A stretch of DNA of 63,912 nt, counting the filler, from Octopus bimaculoides (Eukaryota), in NCBI RefSeq assembly GCF_001194135.2. It is 7 parts of 6 records of this genome, joined end to end, with 100 filler letters (N's around TTAATTAATTAA, not from the genome) between each part and the next. Parts side by side here need not be neighbours in the genome. Positions count along the whole stretch, not along the records: positions 59,577 to 62,740 come from NC_068984.1; positions 62,841 to 63,912 come from NW_026365876.1; 5 more parts are not named here. One strand, 5' to 3'. Of this stretch, positions 60,986 to 63,912 are shown piece by piece. Position 1 is the stretch's first letter, and each line of letters opens with the position of its first letter. The translations under genes and the position numbers were made by a program. The notes under the pieces are model-generated. The model saw only the letters and a list, made by a program, of their open reading frames with translations. It was not told the origin of the DNA and made no database searches.

Positions 60986-61216
60986 ATAATATATGTGCGC
61001 AAACACACATTAGATTTAGACATAAATGATGGAAGACAACACGTTGCCACAAATCTGACACTAAATGTTCAATAAATAATCTAAGGTATTTAAATATTTA
61101 ATGCAACACATTGTGTATAAGACATCACTGATCAACATGTTAGATATAGAAGAAATTTAAACTATGGATATTAAATCGGAGAAACGCATATGAAGAAATA
61201 CATATAAACATACAGA

Positions 61217-61290
<74 letters not shown>

Positions 61291-62058
61291 GATATATAGG
61301 AACAACACAATCGAAGCCACTGTTCAGAATGAAATAAGAGAATAAGATAAAAGAAATACATATATATATGTATATGTTATGTGTATATTTTGTATTCACA
61401 ACGTATATTTATACATATATATATACGTGTATATATATATACATATATATATACATACATACATACATACATACATATACATATATATATATATAAGANN
61501 NNNNNNNNNNNNNNNNNNNNNNNNNNNNNNNNNNNNNNNNNNNNNNNNNNNNNNNNNNNNNNNNNNNNNNNNNNNNNNNNNNNNNNNNNNNNNNNNNNNN
61601 NNNNNNNNNNNNNNNNNNNNNNNNNNNNNNNNNNNNNNNNNNNNNNNNNNNNNNNNNNNNNNNNNNNNNNNNNNNNNNNNNNNNNNNNNNNNNNNNNNNN
61701 NNNNNNNNNNNNNNNNNNNNNNNNNNNNNNNNNNNNNNNNNNNNNNNNNNNNNNNNNNNNNNNNNNNATATATGTGTGTGTGTGTGTGTGTGTGTGAATA
61801 AAAATAAATATACAAAATAAAAATGAGAATAAAAAATATATACAAAAAAAGGGTTTTGTATGATCGTGTATAGAGGAATATATTATTTAAAAGAGTTCCA
61901 ACTCTGTCTGTTTTTTATGTTTTATTTATATTGCTATAAAATTTATGTGGGATATAGAATATGGAATATATAATATAATATAAATGGTAAAATGAAAAAT
62001 GAAATGAAGTGTTGAATGTCTTATTGAATATATGAAATATTGAGTATTGAATATAGAG

Positions 62059-62128
62059 AATCAAATATATAAAGAAAATCAAATATATAAAGAAAATCAA
62101 ATATATAAAGATAATCAAATATATAAAG
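62059..62128 (+). repeat. 18-bp minisatellite, about 4 copies (AATCAAATATATAAAGAA)
   Basis: Directly visible; explains ENQIYK x4 in ORF 62047-62241. Confidence 0.9.
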
Positions 62129-62591
62129 GCCTTATATATATATATTTAAATGACCCAGTTGTTTTATCACAAAAGACAGAGGGTAATTTAGATCTTCAAA
62201 GAACAAGAAAAATCCCAGAAAGAACCAGAAAACAAGTATAGAAATGGTCAGTCATCTTCACTTTATCACTTTGTTATCTCCGAATGCTTAATTTGCGCTT
62301 TCTTCTATATAATCTGACCATAAAGACAGAATTGTAATTTATATTGAACCTGACATTGTTCGTTGTCTATTCCTTTGTTTCTTTATTTCTGTATTTTGAT
62401 TGTAACTTTATTTTGTTTGTCACAATGGGTTTAGTTTTGCCTGTAAACTGATCAAAAAAACAAACTACTTTGTATTATGCCGTCGACATTTTTTACACTC
62501 GGTGAAGTGTTGTGTAATAATTATATGAAAAGTGTAACAATTATCACATATCCGACGTGTATATATCGCATTTATGTTTATATGTATTTTA

Positions 62592-62701
62592 GGTGTGGTA
62601 AGAAGCTTGGCACCTTGGGCGAGTCTCTTCTACTATAGCCTCAGGCCGATCAAAGCCTTGTGATTGGATTTGGTAGACGGAAACTGAAAGCCCGTTTTGT
62701 G

Positions 62702-62740
<39 letters not shown>
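62592..62740 (+). mobile_element. SINE family A 5' half, truncated at spacer
   Basis: GGTGTGGTAAGAAGCTT/GGCACCTTGGGC..GGATTTGGTAGACGGAAACTGAAAG then (TA)n(TG)n. Confidence 0.85.
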
Positions 62741-62840
62741 NNNNNNNNNNNNNNNNNNNNNNNNNNNNNNNNNNNNNNNNNNNNTTAATTAATTAANNNN
62801 NNNNNNNNNNNNNNNNNNNNNNNNNNNNNNNNNNNNNNNN
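62741..62840. other. Artificial assembly spacer N44-TTAATTAATTAA-N44
   Basis: Core at 62785-62796. Confidence 0.95.
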
Positions 62841-63545
62841 AGAAGACCCGGCAAGCCAAGTGAGACCAAAATCTAAGGCCTCTGCCAGGGGTGTAGCCAG
62901 TTCACTTATGCGTACCTTTCCTTCATTGGACACTAAACTCCGCTTGCGAAGGCCTGTTGAGGCAAGTGAAATCGAAATCGAACTAAATTCAACGACTGGC
63001 ACCCATGCCAACCTCTCCTTCATTGGACACTAAACTCGACTTGCGAAGACCTGTTGGGGCAAGTGAAAGTGAAATCGTGATGGCATCTGTACCAGTGGAG
63101 CACTAAGAGCACCGTTTGAGCGTGATCGTTTCCAGAGCAGCTGTCTGGCTTCCGTGCCAGTGGCACGTAAATAGCACCATTTGAGAGTGATCGTTACCAG
63201 CATCGCCTTCTTGGTACTTGTGCCAGTGGCACGTGAAAAGACATTTGAGTGAGGTCGTTGCCAGTGCCGCTGGACTGGCTCCTGAGCAGGTGGCACGTAA
63301 AATACACCATTTTGAGCATGGCTATTGCCAGTACCGCTGACTGGCCTTCGTGCCGGTGGCACGTAAAGGCACCCACTACACTCTCGGAATGGTTGGCGTT
63401 AGGAAGGGCATCCAGCTGTAGAAACTCTGCCAAATCAGATTGGAGCCTGGTGTATCCACCTGGTTCACCAGTCCTCAGTCAAATCGTCCAATCCATGCTA
63501 GCATGGAAAGCAGACGTTAAATGATAATGATGATGATGATGATGG
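62841..63545 (+). mobile_element. RTE LINE 3' UTR with internal tandem modules and (GAT)n tail
   Basis: AGAAGACCC..CAAGCCAAG start and GGTTGGCGTTAGGAAGGGCATCCAGCTGTAGAAAC end match the 40655-41365 UTR; ~66-bp duplication (62916 and 63012) and repeated GTGGCACGTAAA motifs. Confidence 0.85.
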
Positions 63546-63912
63546 AGGGTCAAAGTAGGGAACAAAAACAGGACAGTAGAGACATACTAGGAAACGAAGC
63601 AAAAACAAACATGGATGAAGGGAAAAATAGTGAACGCTGGAAGAAATATTTTCTTTGAAAAGAGAAAAAATAGAAGAGAGGGACAGAAGACGTCCAGTCC
63701 TTTGAACGTCGAGTAGGAAAAGAAAGATGATCACGTGCGGAAAAGAAAGCTGGACAATGGTCACGTGTGAGCAACGAGAGAGGGAAAAAGATAAAGAGGA
63801 GGACAGAGAGAGAGAGAGAGAGAGAGACAGATAGAAAACGGAGAAGGGGAGAAAAGGGGAATTAGAGAAGGATGGAGGAGAAAACAGTATAGAGTAGAGT
63901 TGCATCAAAAAG

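Noticed and set aside
62047-62241. ORF with an ENQIYK x4 peptide repeat
   Set aside because: Explained by an 18-bp AT-rich minisatellite; no splice or coding context.

Overview
Eukaryotic, AT-rich and extremely microsatellite-rich nuclear DNA from an octopod cephalopod (Octopus-like). The assignment rests on a nuclear copy of mtDNA with octopod gene order and on repeat families typical of octopus. The window is not one continuous locus: six identical 100-bp spacers (N44-TTAATTAATTAA-N44) join seven separate pieces (1-9969, 10070-22748, 22849-35665, 35766-53135, 53236-59476, 59577-62740, 62841-63912), and many other N gaps sit at collapsed microsatellites. I cannot support any intact host protein-coding gene; most ORF-track entries are microsatellite or gap artefacts. 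Recognisable content: about 30 copies or fragments of four tRNA-derived SINE families; RTE LINE tails plus one ~1.5-kb RTE remnant; R4/Dong-type (restriction-like endonuclease) LINE remnants; a decayed APE-type LINE RT; mariner and DD37D (maT) Tc1/mariner remnants; a hAT transposase remnant with a 397-codon open frame; a TTAA-type MITE; and a ~1.1-kb NUMT (trnL1-trnL2-nad1-trnP-nad6). The most interesting observations are: (1) a Penelope-like element end with a 51-codon-repeat Thr/Asp-rich frame, a GIY-YIG remnant and an apparently intact minimal hammerhead ribozyme (30190-30253); (2) three independent R4/Dong insertions stacked in (ACAT)n, suggesting a tetranucleotide-targeting lineage beside a (TAA)n-associated one; (3) several unexplained fold-back structures (867-1024, 52207-52274, 60597-60845); and (4) CpG decay concentrated in one contig. 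All calls are by eye, without database searches.
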